A stretch of DNA of 64,000 nt from a virus (lineage: Duplodnaviria; Caudoviricetes): the IMG/VR virus record IMGVR_UViG_3300024181_000003, positions 13,801 to 77,800 of that record; one strand, 5' to 3'. Position 1 is the first letter of the stretch; each line of letters opens with the position of its first letter. The notes under the pieces were generated by a model. It had not been told where the DNA came from. It did not search any database and was given only the letters and a program-made list of their open reading frames with translations. Of the stretch, positions 29,225 to 36,808 are shown piece by piece. The translations under genes were made by a program, and so were the position numbers.

Positions 29225-29982
29225 AGTCTCTCCAAATCCCTCGTATACCGATCGCCGGTAGGCAACGTTGATAGCAGACGTCGCAGACCGGCGATTCTTT
29301 CCTCGATCGTTCCCGTCACATGATAACCGGCCATCCGCTCCTCGTAGGCCCAGTAGCCTTGGTGTGCCACAACTGGCTGCGCCGGATAAGCAACCTTGCC
29401 GTGCATGCTGCGAATCACCCTACGAATTAATCCGTCGTCCAGATCGCTCATCTCGTCCCACTGCGGTGGGAAGCACGTATCCAGATAGCTGCGTAGAAAC
29501 ATAAAGTAGCCGTCGTTTATGTGCGGTACCAGATTCTCCAAAAGTTCACGGGTCAAACAAGCGCCCGGGTTCGTGTAGTAGTCCCCATAAATCTCGGTGA
29601 ACTTTGAGCGGCGTCCGCACGTAGCCAGATATTTACCAGTCGCCAAAGTCTCCAAACTCCAATCCAACCATTCAGGCGTCACAGCCACGTCCTCCTCGAC
29701 CAGAAAGACCCGCTCTGCGCCCATCTCGTAGCCGTTCTTCAACGACTGCAGGATGTTCCAACAGCCGCTTGGTGCGTGGATGTGCGATTCTCTTTCGAAT
29801 ACGCCTGCGCCCCGAGGTGCGTATCTTGCGAAGACCCACATCGCCTCGTCTTTCTTTTCTTGACTGACGTCGTCGAGGAAGACCATTACCGGCGGTAGGT
29901 CGGGGATTACGTCTAGTCGTTCGAGGGTCAACGCAAGGAACTCCGGTCGGTGAGCTACGGGCATTACGATTACCGATTCCAT
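29221..29982 (-). CDS. GT-A fold glycosyltransferase
   Basis: VIVMPVAHRPEFL..TLE.L and VFLVEEDV..TP acidic motif. Confidence 0.6.
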   Translation of the reverse strand: MESVIVMPVAHRPEFLALTLERLDVIPDLPPVMVFLDDVSQEKKDEAMWVFARYAPRGAGVFERESHIHAPSGCWNILQSLKNGYEMGAERVFLVEEDVAVTPEWLDWSLETLATGKYLATCGRRSKFTEIYGDYYTNPGACLTRELLENLVPHINDGYFMFLRSYLDTCFPPQWDEMSDLDDGLIRRVIRSMHGKVAYPAQPVVAHQGYWAYEERMAGYHVTGTIEERIAGLRRLLSTLPTGDRYTRDLERL

Positions 29983-30092
29983 TATCGCACACGACCTTTG
30001 AAGTAGTCGGCCTTGTCGCTGTTCAGTATCTGCATGGACGAGCCGTGCCAGCAGTGGTCAACAACTCTGACTCTGATGGTGAAGCTTCTCAT
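29982..30092 (-). CDS. 36-aa hypothetical peptide
   Basis: MRSFTIRVRVVDHCWHG...; TAATG-coupled to the glycosyltransferase start. Confidence 0.4.
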   Translation of the reverse strand: MRSFTIRVRVVDHCWHGSSMQILNSDKADYFKGRVR

Positions 30093-30093
30093 A

Positions 30094-30339
30094 TTAGTTC
30101 TTTTTCGAACTAGAGTTGCTGCCGCTTCTGAACAGCACGCCAGCCAACATGTTGAGCACGAAGCCCTGCCAGAACGTCACCTTGGTCGCCCCGAAGACAG
30201 CCAGCACGACCGATGGTGCGAAGATGTAGCCGATCGCCCAAGCCGTGAAGAAGCCAAGCAACAGTGACAAACCGAGAAAGACAGCGGTGGCGATCACCAA
30301 CGTCATGAACAAATCAACAAACGATAGAGATTTTCCCAT
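30094..30339 (-). CDS. Small membrane protein
   Basis: GGAGG RBS before ATG 30339; two hydrophobic stretches. Confidence 0.55.
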   Translation of the reverse strand: MGKSLSFVDLFMTLVIATAVFLGLSLLLGFFTAWAIGYIFAPSVVLAVFGATKVTFWQGFVLNMLAGVLFRSGSNSSSKKN

Positions 30340-30414
30340 ACACCCTCCTATGAACTTGAGTCGTTCGCCGAAGGCCCCCAGCATGTAGGGAGGACCCTCG
30401 ACACTCGAATCGAG

Positions 30415-31134
30415 TTACGGTTTTTGGCCGCTGCCAGTGCCCGGGGTCTGCTTAGGACCGTTGCCGGGGAATGGCGGCTTGTTGACATCGTGTCCGCCGT
30501 TCACTCCACCGTTGCCGGGGATGCCGCAGTCTTGAATACAGTGACCGCCCGGAGGTGGGTTTCCCCCGCCTCCACCAGTACCTCCTCCAGTTCCGCCACC
30601 GCCGCCATTACCGCCTCCCGAGCCTCCGCTGCCGCCAGAGCCGCCTCCTGACCCACTTCCACCACCGCTACCGCCGTTTCCTCCACCATTGCCGCCTCCT
30701 GTGCCACCGCCATTTCCACCGCCGTTACCACCGCCTCCACCTGATGGTGGCTTCGGGGGCTTGACCGTTGGCTTGTGTGCGCCCGGGTGCGTGCCGTAAG
30801 AGAAACAGCCAAGAGGGCTGACGGTCTGAATGAAGGCCGACAGCTTAGGGTGTTTCTGGTACAGACGGTACGCCAGATAGTTGCCGCCGATCAAAATCGG
30901 AAGACCGATCTCGGCTGCAGTCGCCGGGTTCGCTGCCAATCCAATTCCAACTCCGCACGTTGCGCCTGCAATGGCCGCGCGGACGATAAACGGCTTCTTG
31001 GGCCGCTTCGATTTTGCTACAACTGCCGGGCCCGATGGCTGCGTGCCTGCTCCCGCTGGTTCTTGCGCCAAAGCGCCGCCAGCAAGCAACAGAAACGAAG
31101 CCGCTAGTACGAGACATTTGTCCTTGATATTCAT
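30415..31134 (-). CDS. Secreted Gly-rich protein
   Basis: Signal-peptide-like N-terminus (AxA), hydrophobic middle, long GGN/GGS/GGT tract at about 30590-30745. Confidence 0.6.
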   Translation of the reverse strand: MNIKDKCLVLAASFLLLAGGALAQEPAGAGTQPSGPAVVAKSKRPKKPFIVRAAIAGATCGVGIGLAANPATAAEIGLPILIGGNYLAYRLYQKHPKLSAFIQTVSPLGCFSYGTHPGAHKPTVKPPKPPSGGGGGNGGGNGGGTGGGNGGGNGGSGGGSGSGGGSGGSGGSGGGNGGGGGTGGGTGGGGGNPPPGGHCIQDCGIPGNGGVNGGHDVNKPPFPGNGPKQTPGTGSGQKP

Positions 31135-31195
31135 AGGTTCGTATCCTTCACTCGTCGCAGCCGCCCGGTAATCCTATTTTGGGGCGGTCTGTTTG

Positions 31196-31567
31196 CTACA
31201 GAGATTCTGGTGACACAAGCTTGGTTACTGTGAATCCCAAATTCTCAAGATCGTTGGCCATTTCGGCGACATCGGTGTCGGTCAACTTCATCGCCAGCCG
31301 GGGTTCGTAGGTCCACTTGGTATCCTCACCCTTAAATCCATAGAAGTATTTCTTGCCCGACTGCAGAATGTAGGTGGCTGTTTTGGCCTCGATCTCGTAG
31401 CGGCGTTGGCGCTCGACCTCGATGCGCTTGGTGAACTGCTGAACCGTCTCGCCGTAATAGACCTGCTTGAACCGGTTATGGTGCTGAACTACCGGGATGT
31501 TATTAGCGCCGATCTCTTTCAGATAGGCCTCGGCGATTACGTGAACGTCTTCGTGAAATTTGCTCAT
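31196..31567 (-). CDS. Hypothetical protein
   Basis: 123 aa with RBS. Confidence 0.55.
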   Translation of the reverse strand: MSKFHEDVHVIAEAYLKEIGANNIPVVQHHNRFKQVYYGETVQQFTKRIEVERQRRYEIEAKTATYILQSGKKYFYGFKGEDTKWTYEPRLAMKLTDTDVAEMANDLENLGFTVTKLVSPESL

Positions 31568-31578
31568 ATATCCTCTTT

Positions 31579-31794
31579 CTACTTTTCTCGTTCGCAATCA
31601 ACAACCACGTACGGGCCGGAAGCCGGGTTGAGCACATGGACGGTCGGTGCCTTGTGATCGAGACAGGTCACCACGATTCGCTGCTGCGCCACCTCGTACT
31701 TCAAATTCTCTTGGACAGTGGCGTAGCAGCAGGCGGCCATGAAGAGAAAGAGTGCAATAATCCGCTTGATGCCGAGAATCCTGAGATGCTTCAT
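31579..31794 (-). CDS. Small secreted or membrane protein
   Basis: N-terminal hydrophobic segment, two C-terminal Cys; ATGA overlap with the recombinase stop. Confidence 0.55.
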   Translation of the reverse strand: MKHLRILGIKRIIALFLFMAACCYATVQENLKYEVAQQRIVVTCLDHKAPTVHVLNPASGPYVVVDCEREK

Positions 31795-32708
31795 GCCGCC
31801 CCCAATCGAAAGCCGAGTCCGGCCTTCTTGGTGAAATCCTTGCGTGCTTCGACGTCTTCGCCGATTCGATCATACAAATCGGTGATCGACTTGTCGGCGT
31901 GCCCGGTCCAGAACTTCACTAGGCCCTCGGGCACACCGGTTTTACGGAGGCGGGTTACACGGAAACGACGCAGAGAGTGGAAGCCCGGCACGCCGACCTT
32001 GGCCAAGTGCTCGTAGGCTGTCATGCGGCGGTAGACGCCGCCGGTCTCGGACTGGAACAGGGGCTTCTGGGGCTCCGGCTGTCCAATCCATGTCTGCAGG
32101 TATTGGTTGAGTTCAGGCGACAGGTCAACGGTGCGCTTGCCAGCTGCCGTCTTGGTGCTGTTCTGTATCTCGCCCAAACTGACCGTCTTAGTGACAGAAA
32201 TTGTCATGTTTTGCTGGTCCCAGTCCTCGGACGTCAAAGCCAGCGCCTCGCCGATTCTAAGCCCGGTTCCGGCCAGCAGGGCAATCAGAGCCTTATCTTG
32301 GCCGATCGCCTCTCCTATGGCGGTCTGTATGCGATCAGGGCTAACCGTAGGGGCCTTCTGGTCCTGTATGACAGGCAAATCGATGAAGTCGTTGTTCCAC
32401 TTGCGGGGGAAGAGTTCGTTACCGTTGGCGTCCACAGCCGCTGAGACGACCGACTTGACTACAGCAACCACCCGGGAGATGGTGGCGGGTGCCAAACCCT
32501 TCCCTGCGAGTTTTGCGACGAAGGACTTGAGGACCCCGTTCTCAACCTTGGAGAGGTCGAGAGACCCGAGGTCCGGCAAAATGTGACAATCGAGAGCGTT
32601 CTGATAGGATGCAACGGTCGAGGGCTTGGCCGGGTTACGCTTGCGGCTGCCGATCTCGGCGATGAATTTCACAGACTGCTCTTGAAAGTTCATATATGCT
32701 CCATTCAT
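31791..32708 (-). CDS. int: Tyrosine recombinase/integrase
   Basis: GLRIGEALAL, HSLRR, GH..KSIT.LY catalytic motifs. Confidence 0.85.
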   Translation of the reverse strand: MNGAYMNFQEQSVKFIAEIGSRKRNPAKPSTVASYQNALDCHILPDLGSLDLSKVENGVLKSFVAKLAGKGLAPATISRVVAVVKSVVSAAVDANGNELFPRKWNNDFIDLPVIQDQKAPTVSPDRIQTAIGEAIGQDKALIALLAGTGLRIGEALALTSEDWDQQNMTISVTKTVSLGEIQNSTKTAAGKRTVDLSPELNQYLQTWIGQPEPQKPLFQSETGGVYRRMTAYEHLAKVGVPGFHSLRRFRVTRLRKTGVPEGLVKFWTGHADKSITDLYDRIGEDVEARKDFTKKAGLGFRLGAA

Positions 32709-32714
32709 GAACCC

Positions 32715-32743
32715 ATTTTACTACGAGATCGGTTTTGTGTCAA
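32715..32743 (-). promoter_or_regulatory. Sigma70 promoter, motif-family copy 1
   Basis: TTGACA-N17-TAAAAT followed by GGGTTCATGA. Confidence 0.75.
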
Positions 32744-32850
32744 CAACTATTTCGTACCAGTACTCTCCTCGACTTCCTGTGTCCAAAAACGAACGTAGTC
32801 TGCGCCACCCCAATCGATTTCCGTTTGCGGGTAGCCGTCTCGCAACAGCG

Positions 32851-33115
32851 TGTGACGTACTCCGTCCCCTGAAAGGGACGGCTTCTCAACCCACGGCAGC
32901 ATTACTGCACCGCCGTTAACGGTTGAAGGCTCAGTCCGAGCCTGAGTCGTCCTGACAGAACCCTTGCCACGACGGCAGACGATTTTGCCGCCACGAAGCA
33001 AGAGCCGGGAGACGGTCTTGTGACGTACTCCGTCCCCTGAAAGGGACGGCTTCTCAACCCACGGCAGCATTACTGCACCGCCGTTAACGGTTGAAGGCTC
33101 AGTCCGAGCCTGAGT
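32851..33115 (-). repeat. Perfect 97-bp direct repeat (32851-32947 and 33019-33115) made of the tnpB 3' end and IS right end
   Basis: Identical copies with 168-bp period; each has GAAG-CCGTCCC/GGGGACGG hairpin and ends in TCAC. Confidence 0.95.
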
Positions 33116-34170
33116 ATTTCTAAACTGCTGGCGTGGTCTCTTGTTGTTCGCAACCCGCACGAACATTTGTGCAGCCTGTCCGAAAGTTTCTTCGGAGCCT
33201 TCTTGCCGCACTTAGGGCAACGCTGGCTGGTTCCTCGGGGGTCTACTCTCACCAGTTGGCGACCAGCGTATTCTGCTTTGTACGCCAACATGTTTAGGAA
33301 AGACGACCATCCGACATCAGCAACTGACTTCGCTAGCATTCCACTAGCAAGACCTTTGACGTTCAAATCTTCTACGGCGATGAAGCCGTTTGCGTCTACG
33401 ATTTCACGAGACAGTTTATGCTGAAAGTCTCGACGCTGGTTCACGATGTCTCGGTGAATGTTCTGTACGAACTGCACCGCTTTGCGCCAACGCTTTGAGT
33501 ACTTCTTGCGACGTGATACACGACGCTGGGCACGACGCAAACGCTTCTGTGCTGTTGCGAACCAACGGGGGTTATCTACGATTTCACCCGTTGACAACGT
33601 AGCGAATGATTCGAGTCCAACATCAATGCCGACTTGGTTCGTGTTCTCGGGCAACGGTTGTGCCGAGACTTCGCAACTGAAACATGCGTACCAGTGATTG
33701 CCCTCACGCTTGACCGAGACTGTTTTAATTTTGCCATCCACTGCACGGTGAAGTTTGATTTTGATTTCACCAACGCCTTGCACAAACAGATGCTTCTCTC
33801 GCAACTTGTTGCCGTCTCCGTGCGAGGGAAACGTGATGCTGTCATAGCGACGATGCGATTTGAACCTCGGGTAGCCAGCCTTGCCACCTTGTTTCACACG
33901 GCGAAAGAATGCCTTGAACGCTTTGTCTACACGCTTGAGCACGTCCTGCCCACAGTGACAGTTGGGCAGGTTGATGTCTCCCGCTGCTCGTACTTCCGAT
34001 AGTTGGCGGCATTGCTCGAACAGGTTGACCGACTTGCGGTGGCTACGATATGCGTCTCGACGTTCCTGCAACGCTGCGTTATACAGACGGCACGCTTCTG
34101 ACAACTGTCCACGCAGCAGTTCTTGTTGCACTGCCGTGGGGTACAGTCTGTATTTGAACGTCTTTCGCAT
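33070..34170 (-). CDS. tnpB: TnpB RNA-guided nuclease
   Basis: N-terminal KTFKYRLYPT; RuvC-I GIDVG, RuvC-II VEDL, Zn finger CPKC..CSC, RuvC-III RDH; D-E-D triad intact. Confidence 0.93.
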   Translation of the reverse strand: MRKTFKYRLYPTAVQQELLRGQLSEACRLYNAALQERRDAYRSHRKSVNLFEQCRQLSEVRAAGDINLPNCHCGQDVLKRVDKAFKAFFRRVKQGGKAGYPRFKSHRRYDSITFPSHGDGNKLREKHLFVQGVGEIKIKLHRAVDGKIKTVSVKREGNHWYACFSCEVSAQPLPENTNQVGIDVGLESFATLSTGEIVDNPRWFATAQKRLRRAQRRVSRRKKYSKRWRKAVQFVQNIHRDIVNQRRDFQHKLSREIVDANGFIAVEDLNVKGLASGMLAKSVADVGWSSFLNMLAYKAEYAGRQLVRVDPRGTSQRCPKCGKKAPKKLSDRLHKCSCGLRTTRDHASSLEILRLGLSLQPLTAVQ

Positions 34171-34586
34171 TAGCGTCCTTTTTGGTTCTCAATATATTTC
34201 TTGACCGTTGCTTCTGAAACATGACCGACTGTGCCAGCGTAGTACGAACGACTCCACAAGGTTGGCATCCTCGACACCAAGTGCGGGAACTCCTGCCGAA
34301 GTATTCGGCTGCTGGCACCCTTGAGACGGTTGACGATTTCCGCTACACACCTTGTTGGGTCAGATGTGACAAACAGGTGTACGTGGTCCGGCATCACTTC
34401 CATAGTTTCGATGAGCACGCCGTACTGCTGTGCCGTGGCGTACAGGATGTGCTTGAGCCTTGTCTCCACATCACCAACGAGAACTCTGCGACGATACTTC
34501 GGGCAAAATACGATGTGATATGACAGATTGAAGACGGCTCCAGCGTTCTTGGTATAGCGACTGTCCTTCGGTTGCTGTATCTCCAT
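34170..34586 (-). CDS. tnpA: TnpA Y1 HUH transposase
   Basis: YHIVFCPKYRR, PDHVHLF, LWSRSYY, KKYIENQK; likely start ATG 34586. Confidence 0.93.
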   Translation of the reverse strand: MEIQQPKDSRYTKNAGAVFNLSYHIVFCPKYRRRVLVGDVETRLKHILYATAQQYGVLIETMEVMPDHVHLFVTSDPTRCVAEIVNRLKGASSRILRQEFPHLVSRMPTLWSRSYYAGTVGHVSEATVKKYIENQKGR

Positions 34587-34762
34587 GTTAGAAGTCTGCC
34601 ATACTTCTATCCTGTTTGTCAAGTACTTTAACGCCCTCACCTGTCGCCTGAAGGCGACAGCCCGTCGGGCGATTTATTGTCGAGGTCTGTCAGATCGCAC
34701 TTGTCTGACAGCTTGCCGTAGCGCCATACAAAGCCCGGGGTTTTATCGCTCATGATCACTCC

Positions 34763-35323
34763 TTAGAACGGGATGTCGTCGAGGCCGATATCTTGGTGGC
34801 CTTGTTCGTCGATCGCCGAGTCAGGACGCTCAACTTCTTGATCTCGTCCAACCGTCCCAACCAGTACATCCTCGCCATCGGTGTAATGGCCGATTTCAGA
34901 TAGTACCGCAGACGACGCCTCCGATAACGCAGTAACGAGTTCATGATCTTCCTCTATTTCTCCCGGGCCCACAGCGTCACTTCCGGGTGCTCGTCCAGCA
35001 ATTCCTGAATCATCTTTTGAATCTCCCGGCGCATCAGGCCCAGACGGTGCTGCTCCTGTCCCAGTTGGTCCAGCCGGGTCAGTAGCCAGCTCATTTGTCT
35101 CTGCGCTTCGTGTTTGTTCATCGGATTCCTCCATCGCCTTGGCGATATCTGCTATCATTAGCGAACCCTTGTAGTGTTCGGTGACAGCGTCGATCGGCTC
35201 TTCCGGTTTCGGAATGATCGGCTGCGTCAACTCAACAAACTCGCCGTCGACAACGACTCGACGGTCCTGTCTCGGGCTACGTGCCCACTGTCTCAGCCAG
35301 CTTGGTACGTTTCGGTTTATCAT
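34763..35323 (-). CDS. Acidic low-complexity protein ending in DDIPF
   Basis: 186 aa; last five residues match the SSB C-terminal tip. Confidence 0.6.
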   Translation of the reverse strand: MINRNVPSWLRQWARSPRQDRRVVVDGEFVELTQPIIPKPEEPIDAVTEHYKGSLMIADIAKAMEESDEQTRSAETNELATDPAGPTGTGAAPSGPDAPGDSKDDSGIAGRAPGSDAVGPGEIEEDHELVTALSEASSAVLSEIGHYTDGEDVLVGTVGRDQEVERPDSAIDEQGHQDIGLDDIPF

Positions 35324-35457
35324 TTCAGTCCTTCCTTTCGTAGCGCACTCTTGGCCACGAGTAACAGTTCAAGATAGTCGCAGGCTTCGTTGTACGTATA
35401 ATGCCCGGACAGAAAGTCATACCAGATCGCAAGTCTGATTGAGTTCAGTTTATCCAT
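35320..35457 (-). CDS. 45-aa hypothetical protein
   Basis: MDKLNSIRLAIWYDFLSGH...; overlaps both neighbours. Confidence 0.5.
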   Translation of the reverse strand: MDKLNSIRLAIWYDFLSGHYTYNEACDYLELLLVAKSALRKEGLK

Positions 35458-35671
35458 TGGCTCCCTCGTTGTATCCGGTGTGATGGCCTTCGTCGTAGCC
35501 TTCGTTCCAAGTCTGCTTGAGCAAATCCTGCAGAAAATACATGTGGAAACGAGCGTCCGAATCGGTCTTGCTCGTACCGATTATGTGCCCATTGACGACG
35601 AGGTCGAACGACGCCTTCTCTTTGCCGTCCCGTTCTTGCGTCGATTTGACAACTTCAAATTTGATGTCCAT
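35450..35671 (-). CDS. Hypothetical protein with YxEG repeats
   Basis: Ends WNEGYDEGHHTGYNEG; similar to 39470..39691. Confidence 0.55.
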   Translation of the reverse strand: MDIKFEVVKSTQERDGKEKASFDLVVNGHIIGTSKTDSDARFHMYFLQDLLKQTWNEGYDEGHHTGYNEGANG

Positions 35672-36066
35672 TATGCACCCCACAGCGGAAGATAATCGAG
35701 AATGCCCTCGATCTGCTTCTTGGTTGCGTAGACCGCCAAGCCGGTAATTGGCCGGATGTCACCGTAGACTTCTTTGTTCTCGTCAGCGAACGTGCTCCAA
35801 TCCAGTTTCTTCTTGATTGCCAAGCTTAGAATGTGGCCGACTTCCCGGGAGTCCCGGGCCTGCAAAACGATCGTTGTGATCTCTTGGTAGAGCGGCAACG
35901 CGAGGTGACCGTGTGGAAGCGTGGTCAAACCGGACTCGTGCCGCAGCTTGGCCGCGACATGACAGGCCTGCGCTATCTGGCGGCCCGATGGCTGGACAAC
36001 AGTCCTGCAATCACGTACCTCAACGACAGCTGGCACAACAACGTAGATGCGTTTTTCGTCAGTCAT
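35671..36066 (-). CDS. Peptidyl-tRNA hydrolase II (Pth2)-like protein
   Basis: IYVVV...GRQIAQACH...TIVLQA...D.....ITGLAV pattern. Confidence 0.65.
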   Translation of the reverse strand: MTDEKRIYVVVPAVVEVRDCRTVVQPSGRQIAQACHVAAKLRHESGLTTLPHGHLALPLYQEITTIVLQARDSREVGHILSLAIKKKLDWSTFADENKEVYGDIRPITGLAVYATKKQIEGILDYLPLWGA

Positions 36067-36235
36067 AGGTCATCATATAGGCCCCGAAGCCAATGAGAAG
36101 AAAAAACACAGAGATGGCGGAAAACAACGGAAACGTGAGCGTAAACCAACCCAGTCCGGCGATAATCGCGGAGCCGCCAACAACACACCCCAACAATATT
36201 GTATAGTTTTTGAAGAACTCGGGAAGCTTGTTCAT
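36059..36235 (-). CDS. 58-aa membrane protein, twin B
   Basis: Starts MNKLPEFFKN; two hydrophobic segments; ends AYMMTYD. Confidence 0.65.
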   Translation of the reverse strand: MNKLPEFFKNYTILLGCVVGGSAIIAGLGWFTLTFPLFSAISVFFLLIGFGAYMMTYD

Positions 36236-36408
36236 CGGAATGTCATCTCGTATGCGATAAGTGCGACTATGGCCAGAAGGAGCAACGGGAAACCGATAAA
36301 CGGGTACAAGACCGCGAACCACATGTACAGCGGCACGCCGACACACACTCCGATAAAGATGCCTAGAGTGTGGAAGAAGTTTTTGAAGAACTCAGGTAGT
36401 TTGTTCAT
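36232..36408 (-). CDS. 58-aa membrane protein, twin A
   Basis: Starts MNKLPEFFKN; two hydrophobic segments; ends AYEMTFR; ATGA overlaps. Confidence 0.65.
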   Translation of the reverse strand: MNKLPEFFKNFFHTLGIFIGVCVGVPLYMWFAVLYPFIGFPLLLLAIVALIAYEMTFR

Positions 36409-36635
36409 GTGTATTGGCTCCATGACCCGACGCTTTCGTCGTAAAAGAATCCAAGTTCGTCCAGACGCTGGCCATCCTTTGTCAGTACGCCCGGGTTGCC
36501 GTCGTTGGTCGAAATCCAAATCTGATCGTGGGCTGACTCGATGAAGTACTGCGTATCCACGCCCTTTTCCATGTATCGGGCCAAGATGGTCAGGGCCTCG
36601 ATAAAGTTGGTGACCGATCTTTTTTCTCTTCTCAT
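36405..36635 (-). CDS. Hypothetical protein
   Basis: 76 aa, coupled overlaps. Confidence 0.55.
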   Translation of the reverse strand: MRREKRSVTNFIEALTILARYMEKGVDTQYFIESAHDQIWISTNDGNPGVLTKDGQRLDELGFFYDESVGSWSQYT

Positions 36636-36808
36636 TAGATGCCCCCTCTCGCAACCTTCTGCGCGTACTCGGCTGGCTTCTTACTTTCCGCCCTTGCTAC
36701 CTGCATACCTTGCCAGAATGCTGCCTGTAGCCGCTCCTGGTAGCGTTTGAAGGGCATCGTGATCGTCGCCTCGCGCACCTGCTTCGCCTTCGTTCGCTGC
36801 GGTTTCAT
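36635..36808 (-). CDS. Hypothetical basic protein
   Basis: MKPQRTK...; GGAGG RBS; ATGA overlap. Confidence 0.5.
   Translation of the reverse strand: MKPQRTKAKQVREATITMPFKRYQERLQAAFWQGMQVARAESKKPAEYAQKVARGGI

Larger units (their letters stand above)
33020..34678 (-). mobile_element. IS200/IS605-family element (IS605 type, tnpA+tnpB)
   Basis: Left end hairpin CTGTCGCC-TTCA-GGCGACAG; right end hairpin followed by TCAC; inserted 3' of CGAC. Confidence 0.9.
32747..34753 (-). pseudogene. 83-aa phage gene broken into three pieces by the IS and the extra right-end copy
   Basis: 34753-34679 (MSDK...DLD), 33019-32948 (KTVS...VRT) and 32851-32747 (TLLRDG...GTK*) join in one frame; AAGGAG RBS upstream. 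Confidence 0.65.

Noticed and set aside
30350-30412. Intergenic hairpins as an ncRNA
   Set aside because: Stems are short or G.U-rich with no recognisable family; could be a simple terminator or stabiliser.
32851-33115. CRISPR array
   Set aside because: Only two 97-bp units, which are the tnpB end and IS right end; no cas genes. Reported as an omegaRNA duplication instead.
32747-33211. 154-aa ORF as a real gene
   Set aside because: It is a chimera of off-frame tnpB, the repeat copies and fragments of the interrupted gene.
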